Below are positions 1 to 13,960 of a stretch of DNA of 64,000 nt, piece after piece. The notes beneath the pieces were generated by a model. The model made no database searches and was not told where the DNA came from. It was given only the letters and a program-made list of their open reading frames with translations. The stretch comes from Octopus vulgaris (lineage: Eukaryota). Within the stretch, counting starts at the first letter, position 1; every line of letters begins with the position of its first letter. The stretch is from assembly GCA_951406725.2 (NCBI GenBank), contig OX597824.1:39308001-39372000 (forward strand). Reading direction: 5' to 3'. The translations under genes were made by a program, and so were the position numbers.

Positions 1-290
1 GTTACGCACTGGGGTCGATATAATCGACTTAATTCGTTTTTCTGTCCTTGTTTGTCCTCTCTGTGTTTACCCCCTTGTGGGTAGTAGAGAAATAGGATTG
101 GCGAGCTGGCAGAATCGTTAGCACGCCGGACAAAATGCTTAGCGGCATTTCGTCCGTCTTAGTTCAAATTACGCCGAGGTCGAACTTTGCTGCTCAGAGT
201 CGATAAAACACGTAGCAGTTGAAGACTGGGGTCGACGTAATCGACTTACCCTCATCTCCGAGCTCGTTGGCCTTGTGCGAAAATTTCTAA
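1..290 (+). mobile_element. Two adjacent SINE family A pieces (3' tail 1-97, then an older copy 98-290)
   Basis: Matches the family A sequence seen full-length at 8106-8341 (ggcgagctggcagaa..gttagcacgccgg..gttcaaatt..gccgaggtcga; tail ccccttgtgggtagta.agaaatag). Confidence 0.85.
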
Positions 291-659
291 CCTATATTAT
301 TTTACGATGTTCTAAAACTTATCTGCATCACAGAAAAATAAAATAATATTCTATTAAAATCCAAAATAAGTAAAAAATATTTTTTTTATATTTAAAAAAA
401 TATTTCTGATTACTACACATTTATACTGTTAAAATGATATTTTATTAAAGTTTCATATATCTTTTTAACAATACACTGAATAATAAATAAGAAATGATTG
501 TGCCTTTTTTTTTTATTTCACATTAAATACTTTGGAACTTTCTGATTGGATAATTTTCCATTATAATGCATTAGTTCAGTTGTGGTTAGTACTTTTCGAT
601 TATTTGTTTTTGCATTATCCTACATTATAACGTTTTTTTTGTGTGTGTTTTTTTCAATT

Positions 660-3210
660 TTCTGCACTATTTCTTCTATTCATAGGTTTCATTATGTGTT
701 CATTTTTGTTATCTACTCGGATAATAGAATTCCACGTTGAATTGTGATGAAAATAACAAGCGCAATTTTTCTATGGAAACTTCATTAATAGTGGTCATTG
801 TAGTTGTCAGCAGCTAAATCAAACGTTATCTTCTACATCATTACATTTTTTCCCATGTCAGCACTGTATGGCGGCGTATATTCTGGAATATTCCAGTCTA
901 GCAGTAGCTAACCTATGATTTATATCTTTCATGCCGTTTTATATTGTACATCAAATATCGATGCTGTTCAGTTGATGTTCGCTGAAACGGTTAACAAAAT
1001 CTTTTGTTGTATCTAATTTCAGAACGTCTCCTCCTTTAGGGCAGACAAATAACCCTCACCTCATGTTCTGTCCATCTGTTTTTATAAGAAAAAATAAAAT
1101 AAAAGCTAAAAATCAATGTATTCAAACAAATCTAAATAAGATTTTCCCTTTACCATTGTATACTGTAATTTGCTGCACCGAGTACCCACAAAGCAAATAT
1201 CATAAAAGTTATGTACACTTACTGTCCAAATTTCTATAACAAACCATAATTTCTTTTTACCTGCTTGTACGCTTAAATATTGAACATTACCGTGAATGAT
1301 TATTCTAGCAGCAACCATAATGAAAAGCAGCCAATATGAGAGTGGTGGAACTTAGTGCGCATTTGTAAAGTTTTAAAGAAGTTGCATATCACATCATTCT
1401 CAACTACTTTCGTGCCGCAGGTCAAATATACTCGTAGCTCCCAGAGCGTTACTGCCGTTTCTCTGCAATCAGTGTTCATCAAACAGACTTACGGTGAATT
1501 AAAGAATTGTTTTTGTATAACTGGGGATCTATTTTGAAATATATTTATCCCTTTGTTTTTATAACAGCATGTTGTAATATTAGGGGAATTTGGCTGTTGT
1601 TTCTAGAATGTTGAGTTAACATATAGGAGTCCATTATTAGTTTGAGGATTGAGGTAGTGAACTTGTAGAATTGTCAGTACATCAAACAAAAATGTTCAAC
1701 TGCATTTTTTTCTGGCTCTTTACGTTCAAATTACGCCAAGGCTAGCTTTGCATTTAATCCTTTAAGTAGTTAAAATAAGTTGGTCTATGGAATGGGCATG
1801 CTCCTCCCCTTAAATAGTTCACCTTTTACCATAACGAACTATTTGTTCGAGCCCTATAACTGAAGTAGGTGTTATCAAATTACTGGAATCCAATTCCTTT
1901 ATAAAGGTCCCACTATGACTTAAATTTTCTTAGTGAAGCAAAATATACATCAGTTAAAATATTTCATCTTTTAAAAAGTTGCTTTCACATGAAACTGCCT
2001 GGAAACATTGCTAATATTGAAACGATTGATTCCCATTAATTCCAGTCCTTATCAATTATTTTGTTTTCAAAATTCTTCTCGGGGCTTCTCGCAAACATTT
2101 AATCATTCATTTTATTTTGTAGCATTTTAAGGGTATTTCGATTTCTTTCTGTTACATATAATTATAATTATATTTGAATCCTTTACTCAATTTTCGGTTT
2201 TATTATTTTGAATATTTTATAGGAGGTGGGTAATCCGTTAATTTCACTATTTTCATGCCTTCTTAGTGTTTGAGATTTTTAAAGCTATTTTCTAATCTAT
2301 CAATCTATTTATAAAATGAAGCAGCTTAACTTGGGATTATTTTTCTTCACTAGTCATAAGACGTTGTTCTTAATAGCGGAAATAATAACGAGGAAATTGA
2401 TCTTATTAAATTGATAGTGTATCTGTTTTACTTACACCCACACTAAGACAGTTTTTGCATTGAGAAATAGACTACACGGTGTGATGAAGTAATATGTACC
2501 TTCTGGGAGGATTTATCCCATGTTCCATTTCCACTGCTTTCAATGGATAGTTTATTTGTTGTGGTTATTACTAGAGCAATCATTATCAACAATGCGCAAT
2601 ATTCAACCATGTAACCAAGCAAAAGGAAATAAACAGTTTGTTACAGAACATTGGAGATCACCGACCATAACATTTATATATGTATTTTTGGTACATGATG
2701 CAGTAAATTACTGGATATAATAGTGAACGAACCATCTTATTTAGAGTTATTTGAATACTTTCATATTAGCTATATCTTCCTGTGTTTTGTTTTTATTCTT
2801 TTCTTAATAAATTGAATGGTATTTTTCTGCTATAAAAGAAGGGAGGGTTTGAAATCAGATACAAAAATAGATTTTGTTAAACGTTCCAGGAAATATCCAC
2901 AGAACAACGTTGATATTTGATGCATAATATAATATAAAACGTCATGAAGATATTAATCATAGGTTAGGTACTACTAGCCTGGAATAGTCCAGAATATACG
3001 CCGCCATACAACGCTGACATGGGAAAAAATGTAATGATAAGGAAGATTAACATTTGATTTGGCTGCTGACAATTACAATGACCATTATCAATGACATTTT
3101 CCTCGCAATTGCGTATATCTTTTTCATAGCAATTCGACGTATTTTTTACTATTCAAGTAAATAACAAGAAAAAAACAGTTAACGAATTTTATGGAAAGAA
3201 GATATACTGG
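660..3210. repeat. Long diverged inverted repeat, arms about 660-1350 and 2520-3210
   Basis: For example, ttttttcccatgtcagcactgtatggcggcgtatattctgga (846-887) is the near reverse complement of tccagaatatacgccgccatacaacgctgacatgggaaaaaa (2988-3029). Similarity continues about 700 bp. Confidence 0.85.
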
Positions 3211-3299
3211 GAGGCGGAATCGGAAACATATACAATGCGAGAAAATATTAGATAATTATGCGAGATTACGTATATATATATATATATATATACATATTT

Positions 3300-3499
3300 T
3301 CAATATGTAACCGCGGGTGTATCGTTGGCGATTTTCTTTCTTGGACCTTTCCTTTTTCTATGTTTCTGACGAAGAGCTCCGCTCGAAACGTTAGATCTTC
3401 CTTCCTTCTTTCTTTTTCCGAGCGTCCAATAACACTATACTTGTTCCACGTCCTCGCGTTGTTGTGTCTTCTCTTTGTTCATGCTTGGATTAACTATGT

Positions 3500-3500
<1 letters not shown>
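3300..3500 (+). mobile_element. Short (TA)n-embedded element with minimal hammerhead-like motif (Penelope pLTR-like)
   Basis: CTGACGA-a-gagc-tcc-gctc-GAAA-cg-TT at 3366-3392. The 3' half is homologous to 51203-51300 (- strand). Flanked by (TA)n on both sides. Confidence 0.6.
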
Positions 3501-3534
<34 letters not shown>

Positions 3535-4073
3535 ATTTGAGGTACATAAGTATCATAGCGAGCGGAACCACGGAGGTGGTAAATATCCAGACGAGGTGTA
3601 TAACACTTCCGAGGTTCCGGCTTCTCTCCTCAATGGCATATAGACAAATGCGGTACGTTTATTAGTGCTAGGAAACATAATTGTTTGAGGGAGAGAGGAA
3701 GCAGAACTAGATCATAAAAGCTCGGGCGGTAGTTATGAGACAGCATGTGAGGCTGAAGAGCATCAAGAACATATGAAAAGAATAGAGAGAGAAGAAACGG
3801 AGAAAGGAAAGAAAATTTGATGTAAAATAGGATAATGTAAAACATGTAGTAAACAAGTTACCAGAGAAAAAGTAATAGAAACCGTAGATACCTGAAGAAC
3901 TTCTTTATTGACTAATATGTGTCAGAAGGCAAAAAAGAAAAAGAAATCTTCCAAAATAAAGTAAGAAAGGGGCACAAAATTGGTAAACAAAAATGTGCTG
4001 AAATCAAGAATCCTCATACAAAGAAAATCTACAATATGCATATGTATGTAAATACATACTTGGGAACATACAC

Positions 4074-4109
<36 letters not shown>

Positions 4110-4809
4110 ATGTATGTCATTATTCAGTTTATTTCAAGATATCTTACCAATAGAGAAAGAATCGGTTTCTAACCGAGATCCAAGGCTCCTACATTGGAAT
4201 TTCAACATCAACAACAGGTTAAATTTGTATGTATGTATGTATGTATGTATGTATGTATGTATGTATGTATGTATGTATGTATGCATATGTGTATGCATGC
4301 ATGCATATGCGTATGTTTGTATGTGTTTATGTATGTATACATACAAAATGTTTTAAGGAGTTCAAAAGGGTAATATTCAGTGCTCCCTAGGTTTCTTATA
4401 TTTGGCAACATACAAAGGTATGAGTGTATGTGTATGTGTGTGTGTGTATGTGTGTGCGTGCATGTGTGTTTATGAACATGCATGGGCGTCGTTGCGTATG
4501 TGTGGGGCCATGTGCATATCGCTGATTACATATTTAGCAGTCATGTATATTCCTAAAATTTAACATTTGTTATCGGGGATTCTTTCGCCTTAGAATTGCA
4601 TTTAATATATAGTAACTCAGATTTCCCTAAATTCAACTTCTCCATAATAATTCATGAAACGGATTATTAGATTCATTGGTCTGATCAGATGAATGTGACT
4701 GAAGAGAGACACAATAAAGCCGTTTCTGTTAGTATTCCATATTTTAGAGAAAAAGAAATGGTAAGAAATATAACTGAAAATGTGATTTTTAGCCAAGTAA
4801 TGTATTCTT

Positions 4810-5660
4810 GCAAAGACAAAAGGCCAGATATTTTGAAAAGAAAGTACAATCGCATATACTGACTTCGGTACAAGAATGTTATTTATTTTATCGAACCCGG
4901 GAATGTGAAAGGCAAAATCGGTACCGAAGTGATTTCAATTCAAAACTTTATGTTTAACACTAAATATCGCAAGTTATTTTCTCCGATGAAGTATCGATCC
5001 TGTCATCCACCGCGATAAGTCGCCCCAAAATTGTTTGTCACTTAGCTACAAGGCCTGGAATTTACGGATGGGGAGGTGTAGTTTGCCCGAGTAAATCAAT
5101 CTACAATTTGTCGTGACACTTTATTTTATTGATGCGTATAGATTCTTATTTCTTTATTGCCCACAAGGGGCTAAACATAGAAAGGACAAACAAGGACAGA
5201 CAAAGGGATTAAGTCGATTAGATCGACCCAAGTGCGTAACTGATACTTACATATAGATTCTGCCAGATCGCCGCCGTAAGTCACCCAATAATTGTTTCAA
5301 AATTTAGCTCATGGTCAGTGATTTTAAAGGAAGAGGGAAGTCGATTACATTGACCTCATTGGTAGTTGAGGAAGATAGACAAAGTCAATTTCGGTGAAAT
5401 TTGAACTCACAGAGGCGGACGAAATACCTATTTCTTTACTACCCACAAGGGGCTAAACACAGAGAGGACAAAGAAGGACAGACAAGCAGATTAAGTCGAT
5501 TACATCGACCCCAGTGCGTAACTGGTACTTAATTTATCGACCCCGAAAGGATAAAAGGCGAAGTCGACCTCGGCGGAATTTGAACTCAGAACGTAAAGAG
5601 AGACGAAATACCGCTAAGCACTTTGTTTGGTGCGTTAATGATTTATTCCTTCACCACCTT
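4810..5660 (-). mobile_element. Cluster of SINE family A copies and fragments
   Basis: Several reverse-complement copies of cccacaaggggctaaacac..gtcgattacatcgaccccagtgcgtaactggtac..gtcgacctcggcggaatttgaactc. Best copy is 5425-5660. Confidence 0.85.
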
Positions 5661-6587
5661 AAGTTGCCAATAATGAAAGCGAAATTATAGTAATTAAGCG
5701 CTGATACTTTCTTTCGTTACCCATGATTGCTGTGGAGTTGTTTTGCTATTGCATAATCAAAGGATTTCCGAATATTCTGGCATGCATTGTGTGGGTGACT
5801 GGAGCGCAATATATCTTTAACATATTGGATCACTCCGTATCCACACAGATTTTTACATTCCTCTTAAACGTTTACATTATGACTTATTACTGATTCATAA
5901 TATATCAATTTTGAACTTCAATTAAGAATTAATTTTGATATAAACATATTGATTTAGATGCTAAATTACCTTTGCTTTGTTGAAAATTAAAGCAAAAAAT
6001 ATATATAAAGTTGAAAAAGTAATAATAAAATGGCTGCTAAATTAAATCGTTAAGTTTGCTTAAATATTGTCAGTTGCGTCCATAATGAAATATCAGTAAA
6101 TAATTCCCCCAAAGGAGAATGAGTGAGATTTACTGTGAAATCTCATCAACATGTGAAAGCTGAGTAAAAGTTAAATTTTCTATTTAAGTAAATTACACAC
6201 ACACACACACACACACACGGGTATCAGTTCGCAATTTTGACGAAAGGGAATTCATCAATCATTATTGAACTTTCACGAGAAAATTAGAATTTGATGTAAG
6301 TAGACAGATTTTGAATACTCGGATAAGACATAATATCTGAACTTTTAATTTATATTATTATATACTTTCGTTTTAAGTTTCTGTTCATTAACATGAGTTT
6401 ATATATCCATTTCGAATTAATTTCAAATCACTTGGAAGTTATTGTCCAATAAACCATAATTAACCTCGATAATTTTTAATAAAACTAAAGGTGTATCTAA
6501 CAATATTCCCATCACCACCACCACCACAAACAACTACAGCAACATACCCATTACTTTGATGTTACATAAGTAGTTGATTTACAGTGC

Positions 6588-7048
6588 ATTAGAGTTCGTG
6601 CCACGTCCATGCAACTGGAGAAGGGTTTTTTTAATTATTTTTTTACTTTATCTAGTTTCAGCACACGAGCTGTGGCCATGCTGGGGCACTGTCATTTTTC
6701 AATATAGCATTTAAACCAAATTTTCTCAAAACAACTTGTCTGACCGTCCCTTTTTGTGGCATTATTTCAAGTCAGGCGGCTTTTTTGCGCAAACTGTACG
6801 TGCATTTTTCTCGCGTACGTGCAGTATCGATCGCAACAGCTGATGTACTTGCGCGTACAAATGCACGTTCCCACGGCTTTAACTATCGCATTCTCACCTG
6901 GAATCGATTTTTGTCATTTTTTCAAGATTTATACACGCCCTGATACCGTCGGTATCTACATATCAAATTTTAGCGTAATCGGATGGAGGATGCTTGAGAT
7001 CCTAGAAGACACACACACAGACAGACAGAACAGATTTTATATAATAGA
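6588..7048 (-). mobile_element. Non-autonomous Helitron-like element (degenerate 3' end)
   Basis: The minus strand starts A|TCTATTATATAAAA..tctgtctgtctgtgtg..ccgatt..aaatttg, the same 5' architecture as the Helitron at 48617. The 3' end is only approximately placed. Confidence 0.55.
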
Positions 7049-7284
7049 TATGTTAGTGTGTAACCACAGAAGTGCGTGCACGCACACACGCATACACACA
7101 CCCACACACACACTCACACGCACACATATATATATAAATATATATATACATATATGTTGTGGCCTGAACCAGACCGTGTTTACTCAAACCTAGTCCTGTA
7201 TCCAAGCAGCCGATCACCCAATTTCAGCCAGGGCAGTGTAGGTCTTTTTCAGCTGCTTCTACATTGTTCTTAATGGCTCTTTTG

Positions 7285-7285
<1 letters not shown>

Positions 7286-7351
<66 letters not shown>

Positions 7352-7512
7352 GAAACACACAAACACACACACCCACACGCACTCAGTCAGATAGACAGAC
7401 AGACACACACACAGACACACACACAAATACAAAAACACACACACACAAACACACACAAATACACACACACACACATACATACACACACACACGCACGCAC
7501 ACACACACACAA
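7286..7512. repeat. (CA)n compound microsatellite (representative of dozens of (CA)n, (TA)n, (TACA)n, (GATA)n, (GA)n tracts in the window)
   Basis: Directly visible. Confidence 0.98.
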
Positions 7513-8105
7513 ATATAAGAAACAGCTGCAAATAGGTTCGAATTTCTTCGTTGAGAAAGTAATATGGTTCACGATAAGCTACTTCCCATTAAAATTTAAT
7601 GCTTCATGTTACCTAAATTACAAACCAAAAAACCATTGCCTGCCCCTCTGAAACTTTGGTTTAATTAACCTTACGCTGCCTATTGTAGTTATCATTCATT
7701 TGGACATAAAATGGAGTAGAACCATTGATGCCCTCTCATTACTTACCGGCTACTCCGGTACCCTATTATCTCGGCTGTCTACGTACCTAGTTACATTAAC
7801 TTATTCAAAAGAAATAGATTTTGTTGATGTTTTAGATCGAGATTTGTGTTAATCAAGCAAACTTCAGAGGTAATGATGTTTCCAGATATAATTATCCGAA
7901 ATTTTCAATCATTGCTTGTCTCAGATTTCATTATTCAATATGCGGTTCACCTCAAACTTTATTCTTTTTCTTTTTCATAACAATACAGTCAGATTCTAAG
8001 AATATTTAACTGCTTTTTCTACCAGGTCAAACAGCATGGTACATAGAGATCGTCTCTATATAGTTTGATACATAGATATCGTCTGTATATATATATATTA
8101 AATTT

Positions 8106-8341
8106 GAAGGCGGCGAGCCGGCAGAGACGTTAGCACGCCGGGCGAAATGCGTAGCCGCATTTCGTCTGCCGCTACGTACTGAGTTCAAATTCCGCCGAGG
8201 TCTACTTTGCATTTCATCCTTCTGGGGTCGATTAAACAAGTATCAGTTACGCACTGGGACCGATATAATCGACTTAATCCGTTTGTCTGTCCTTGCTTGT
8301 CCTCTCTGTGTTTAGCCCCTTGTGGGTAGTAAAGAAATAGG
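8106..8341 (+). mobile_element. Full-length SINE family A (tRNA-derived head, Meta-domain-like core)
   Basis: B-box-like gagttcaaattcc. The central segment (family consensus ggtcgactttgcctttcatcctttcggggtcgataaattaagtaccag) resembles the MetaSINE domain. 14-bp TSD tatatattaaattt at 8092-8105 and 8342-8355. Confidence 0.9.
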
Positions 8342-8846
8342 TATATATTAAATTTTTAAGTGTTACTCCTGCGAAATTTAACAATCGAATGCGATTTATT
8401 TATTTGTATTAAATCTTAAAGATATATTTCATAACGCCAGGATGGTTGTATAAGTGTATAGATGAAATGTCTTGGAATCAAGAATTTAAATATAATCTAT
8501 GGCATTGGGAATTATCGATAGAACATAATATAACCCTCTCCCCATTTTTATCTCTTTATTTCTCTGTCTTCAGATTTTAAAAGAAATATAGCAACTGAAT
8601 GTATCTAACGGTTTTTAAACTGAAAATCAATAAAATGAAGGTTCACTTACACATATATTATACATACTTCACTATCACATGTACAGCTTTTATAAATATA
8701 TGTCTATCTATCCCACTCTCCTTCTCCCTCTCTCGCTCTCTTCTGTATGTCTGTCTCTCTTTCTCTCTCTCTCTCTCTGCACATATATATATATACATGC
8801 ACACACACACGCACACACACACACACATACATATATATAGACACCC

Positions 8847-8889
<43 letters not shown>

Positions 8890-9651
8890 CTATTGTTGAC
8901 ATCATAAAAGTTTGGAAACTTCGAGGTGACACGAAATAATTCACTTTTAACATTTGAAATCGCGGTAGAGAGAGAGTTACAAATTATAACGTGTAAATAT
9001 TTTATACACGCTTTTAAACACTATATATACACTATTTACACGCCATTGTTTATAGCTTTTGTACTTCGAGTCCAACCCCTAAATACATATATATATATAC
9101 ATACATATATAAATATATGTATATAAATATATGTATATATGTATATATGTATGTTCTTGATGTCGAACGAATGATTGCTCAGTACATGTGATAGGGATCA
9201 TAGTCACTTTTATTGAAATTGAAATTAAGATTTTAACTCTCATCTTCCTCGGCAATGCACTCGTCCAGCGACATTAACATGGTCCGATGTTGTTGGTGTC
9301 GTGGCACTCCGTCGGTAACAGTATGCGAAGAAATAAAAAAAAATGCTTGCACTAAACAAACTAGGCTTATTTTTCTTCCTAACAATAAAATGCGAAATAT
9401 TAATTACAGGCTTTATATATGAAATCTGCTGAGATCTGTACAATTGGATTGCATAAATATGAATATAATTATCAAGAGATTATTAAATCATATAAGATTA
9501 AGTCTGGAACAAAAACAAACGTTTTGTGGGGATGAAATTAAAATTGTTTTGATATTAAACCTGAAATATTTTATACAGTGTGTTGTTAAATGTACTGTAT
9601 GGCTACCAAACATTGACACTCGTCACATAAGCAAAGAAGAATTTAAATTGC

Positions 9652-10010
9652 TGCTGTATACGGATGCTGCGAATGGACATGGGTGCGAAATGACAGCAAC
9701 GCTTGACTAATGAGCATCTCTGTAGAAGCATTCCAAAAAGTGTCCAGGACGATCAGAGAACGACGTCTTCATATAACCCTATCAAATCATTGCACGCGGC
9801 ATCAGGAAGAAGAAGCATCAAAACTTATCCTCTGGGAACCACAGCATGGTATCGAGACATGTGGAATATGTCGTCTGGCATTTATCGGCAACCTGAAGGA
9901 AGACACAGGATTGAATTCCATCCACGAACTGAAGGCGGTGATGATGGATCGAGTTGCATGCCGAAATGTCTTCGTCCTCGAGTACCGAGTGGAAGCCCGG
10001 CCGAAGTAAT
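9652..10010 (+). mobile_element. RTE-clade LINE 3' fragment (degenerate ORF2 C-terminus)
   Basis: KVSRTIRERRL..HCTRHQEEEASKLILWEPQHG..NLKEDTG..MMDR resembles the RTE C-terminal region. Homologous to 39005-39278. Confidence 0.7.
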
Positions 10011-11115
10011 GTATTGACTGTACATATATGGATAGGGAAGGGGGGAAATAGTAATAATTATCGGTGGAGACATACGTCCTCATATTTTCCGTTTAGATTG
10101 GCAACTTGTAATAGGTTTTCAATTTTCATCTGGCATTCGATTCTTTTCCTTTTATTTATCATATTTGCAGTTTTTGCTATTGTTTAGCTCCACTTCTGCC
10201 CAAATGACAAGCACTTATGTTCAAGGGAACTCTAATAGTGAGCACCCGTTTTCTCTAAGTGTACTCCGGTGTACAAAATCTAATGCATTTTTGGTTTGTT
10301 TATTGGGATATTTGAAGAAGATAGGTTGCGGTTTAAAAGAGATTTGACATTCGGGTATTACTTCTAGCTGGTAAAACGACCAGTCAGATGTTCAATTCGT
10401 TGACACATTAATATATTTCTTTTGAATGAATACTCATGCACATATGCACATATATGTATGTGCGTACGTATTTATATCTAGCCTTTCTCGGCTACAGCAA
10501 CTATAGTATGCAACACATAATATGGATGTTAAAATTAAAACTTGTGCCTGAGGACTTTTAAAACGGAGAATGACCTTGTACAAGACCAAGTCCACTCTCC
10601 AAGCAACGTATACATTTGCCCCCCAAAAACTAGTCTACGTCATTGGATGTAAACGAAATAGCAAATGTTACATCAAAGTTTTCTTTCTCCTAGAGAGATG
10701 TCTAGAAAAGGTTAGTAACCACTCATTCCCTGTTCTTGGTAAAGTTTACTCTGGTAAACTGATGTTCTAGACAGATTTTGCTTTTCATCTTGCAAGGTGT
10801 CCAACAAAGGTCACCTTCCTTATCAAGCAATTTGTAGCGTGGCCAGTTTTGTCACCGACGGTCTGACCATACATACATACATACATACATACATACATAC
10901 ATACATACATACATACATACATACATACATACATTCAACAACCAATGACTGGTTCACTGGTTTTGTAATGGACGTTTCATGAAAGTCGATGCAGATCAAA
11001 CATTACAGAGTATTTCGTTCAAGAAACGCAGGATTTTCGATCGTTTGTTGATGTTCGTTGGTGAGTTTTTTACTCATATGTAAATGTGTGTATGTGTGTG
11101 TGCTAATGGGGAAAT

Positions 11116-11833
11116 CCTTGAGACGTCCAAGGATAGGGTCTTCCTTAATCATGATTTGAATCTCACCACGAAAATCGAGGTTTATCGTACTTTTGTGGTT
11201 TCCACGCTTCTGTATGCCTCAGACACCTGGACACTTTATCGTCGTCATGTCAAACTCTACGAATCCTTTCATATCCGCTGTTTCCAGCGCATTCTTCATC
11301 TCAACTGGAATTACAAGATCCCACATATGGAGATCCTGAGACGAGCGAAATTGACCAGCATCGAATGCATGATCCTCGAACGTCAACTGTGCTGGGTGGA
11401 GCATGTTATCAGGATGCCGGAAACCCGTATACCCAAGATGTCCTTTTGGGAGAGATAGTGGAGGGTAACCCACCGCTCGGCGGTTCAAAGAAGCGATGTA
11501 AAGATCATCTCAAGAAATCTCTGAAGCTCTGCAGCATCCCCCATGGTGAACTTGAAACCCTGGCCACAGACCGTACTACCTGGAGGGGTATTGTCAAAAC
11601 TGGTACGCAGCATTTTGAGGATGAGCGGACTAGACTTCTCGAAGAAAATTGGAGACAGCTCAAGGAACGTCAGCAAAATTCTTGACGAGCTCATCTTCGT
11701 CGGAGCCCTCTACGCTTCTTTCAGAATCGGACTTTTCAGCCACGAGAGGGCCTGCCAGCGCCATCAAGACAACCCCTACGGATCAAAGGCGACGTCGTCA
11801 TCTTTCAAGATGGTATGCCTTAAGCAAGTAAGC
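11116..11833 (+). mobile_element. 5'-truncated RTE-clade LINE (frameshifted ORF2 C-terminus) with TSD
   Basis: TKIEVYRTFVVSTLLYASDTWTLYRRH..FHIRCFQRIL..WVEHVIRMPETRIPK / G..GGSKKRCKDHLKKSLK..ATDRTTWR / RIGLFSHERAC. Short-repeat tail taagcaagtaagc. TSD aatggggaaat at 11105-11115 and 11834-11844. Confidence 0.9.
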
Positions 11834-13274
11834 AATGGGGAAATAGAGAGATGACATTCCGTTTACCAAATTCTACTCAGTATTATAGATCAATCCGAAG
11901 TTTTAGAAGAAGCCATCCAAGGTGACACGTAGTCGGATAAAACCACGTGTTTGCGAAGTGAATATCTTGACCAGACAGCTATGTTTACAACAAAGCTACT
12001 TGTGTAGGAGTATATCACCTAACTAAGAGATATAGCCATCAATTTTGAAATCATTGCTTCATTGATAATGAGGTCTGATGTGAATAATAGTTTTCGGGAA
12101 GAAAAAACATATCTGATGAAATTTTCTTGTAGAAGTTATTTTCTTTGATTTATTTTTTATTTTTATTTAGCTATATTCGATTTATGTATTATTTTTATTT
12201 TAGTGATTTATTTATTGTTTGCTTCCTGCGCTTGGTTGAAATGGCCTAAGGACCCGGACAGATGAGAGTCATGTCTGTAAGTTCTGCTTAAAGTTAACAT
12301 CCGCAGGAAAGAGATCGGTGAGAAAAGATGCCAGACGGTATGTGGACAGTTATTCAATAAATTAAATTAGTATTGACATACAGATTAATGTTAACATTAA
12401 GAAAGATAAGTTTTCTATTGCGAGAATGTCTAGTAATGTGGAAGAATGTGTGTATTTCAGACTAAACTTACTTGGGAATTCATATGAAGCTTTCTTAATA
12501 AAAAGCAGATTGGTTAGCAGCATGTTTTGACATATTCAAGTGCAGTCTACGTTTAAAATCTTTAATTCAAAGAAAATATGACTCGTCTTAGTGGGACATG
12601 TGAAGGTATAAATGCATTATTCGTTGAGTTCGTTTATGAAAGTAAACGTCTTGCTATAAATAGCTTTCTGTTCTTGGTCCTATATTTGGCCAACGTAAGC
12701 CATAGATAATTGGAAATAACGTCATATCGCACAGGTATATAGATTTTTTAAATATACTACATAATACCTGAGATATTGTATTTTATTGTTTGCACTTCTA
12801 AGCTTTCATGATAGGTGGTTGAATCGTGATTTCGTATCCAAGCCCTCGTCAATCAAATTTCCAATGTTATATTTTCCAATATAATATATTTGCTACTTTA
12901 GACTTTCTTTCCAGCTTTATTCAACTCTGCAAAGTCTAGACAGAAACCGTCTCTGCTTGGGGAGAAATAAATATATACTGTTTTTGTTTTTGTCTCTTTT
13001 TCGGTATATATTATAGATATTATCTATTGCTTACTGATTCGTAGATTTTAAAACTTTATTCGTGACTTTAATCATGAAGTGATTTAGTAGTTATCAGTAT
13101 AATGATATTATTCGAACCATTCAACTCTCACCTAATTACCTTCTACATTATCACGTTGGATATCTCTACCTTCTTAAGATAATTCCTCAATATACTTAAA
13201 GGAAACTTCCAATAAAAAAAAAAGTTGTGTCGTTAATTTAGTTATATGGATATTATGTATGTTTGCTCTGATCG

Positions 13275-13870
13275 TTATCTGGCTAAAAAAATTTGGTTCG
13301 CGACCATGAGAACTTGAGTTCAAACCCATTGCATGATATTTTATGTATATGTTATGTGTAACCTCAACTTGACCCACAGCTTGTGAGTGAATTTAGCGAG
13401 ACGGAAACTCCTTGTCCAGTGGATTGTAACCATAATGTAAAATTATTACAACTTGTCATACAGCGTACCATATTGATTCAACCTGTGAATTACATTCAGG
13501 ATGCACGTCTGAATTGATCGAGCGCTTACACGTTAATTCAAGAGAAGTTAATTCAGTTGAATGAACGACTGAATCATCATCGTACGACAGAGATACACCA
13601 CCATCACTGTTATTGCTACCATATATGAAGAGCATGTGTGTACAGATATATATGTGTGTGTGAGTGTACGTTTAGTGGTTGAAGTGGTAGGATGAGAGTG
13701 GAGGAAATCCCACGATAGCGTGGTAGACAACGTATCTGTCTCATAATTAAGAACGTACATTGCAGAATCTGATCACCTGAAAGCCATGAGTTCAATCTTC
13801 ATCTGGGGCAAGTTTCCAGGGCGGCACCCCAAGATGGCCGCTGTACAAGAACTGAAACAAGTAAAATAAT
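13275..13870 (+). mobile_element. Old SINE family B-like copy
   Basis: gagttcaaaccc B-box, cttgtgagtgaattt..gacggaaact, and tail gatggccgc..actgaaacaagtaaaa shared with family B. Confidence 0.55.
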
Positions 13871-13882
13871 TGATACCCCCCC

Positions 13883-13960
<78 letters not shown>

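Noticed and set aside
2968-3036. 63-nt AG..GT-bounded mini-exon or mariner PPYS motif (WNSPEYTPPYNADM) duplicated in the inverted repeat
   Set aside because: No polypyrimidine tract, the copies are on opposite strands, and flanking transposase motifs are absent.
3600-3640. Minus-strand TTGAGGA-gag..ctc-GGAA (and CTGACGA..GAAA at about 56844)
   Set aside because: Too many core or stem defects to distinguish from chance.
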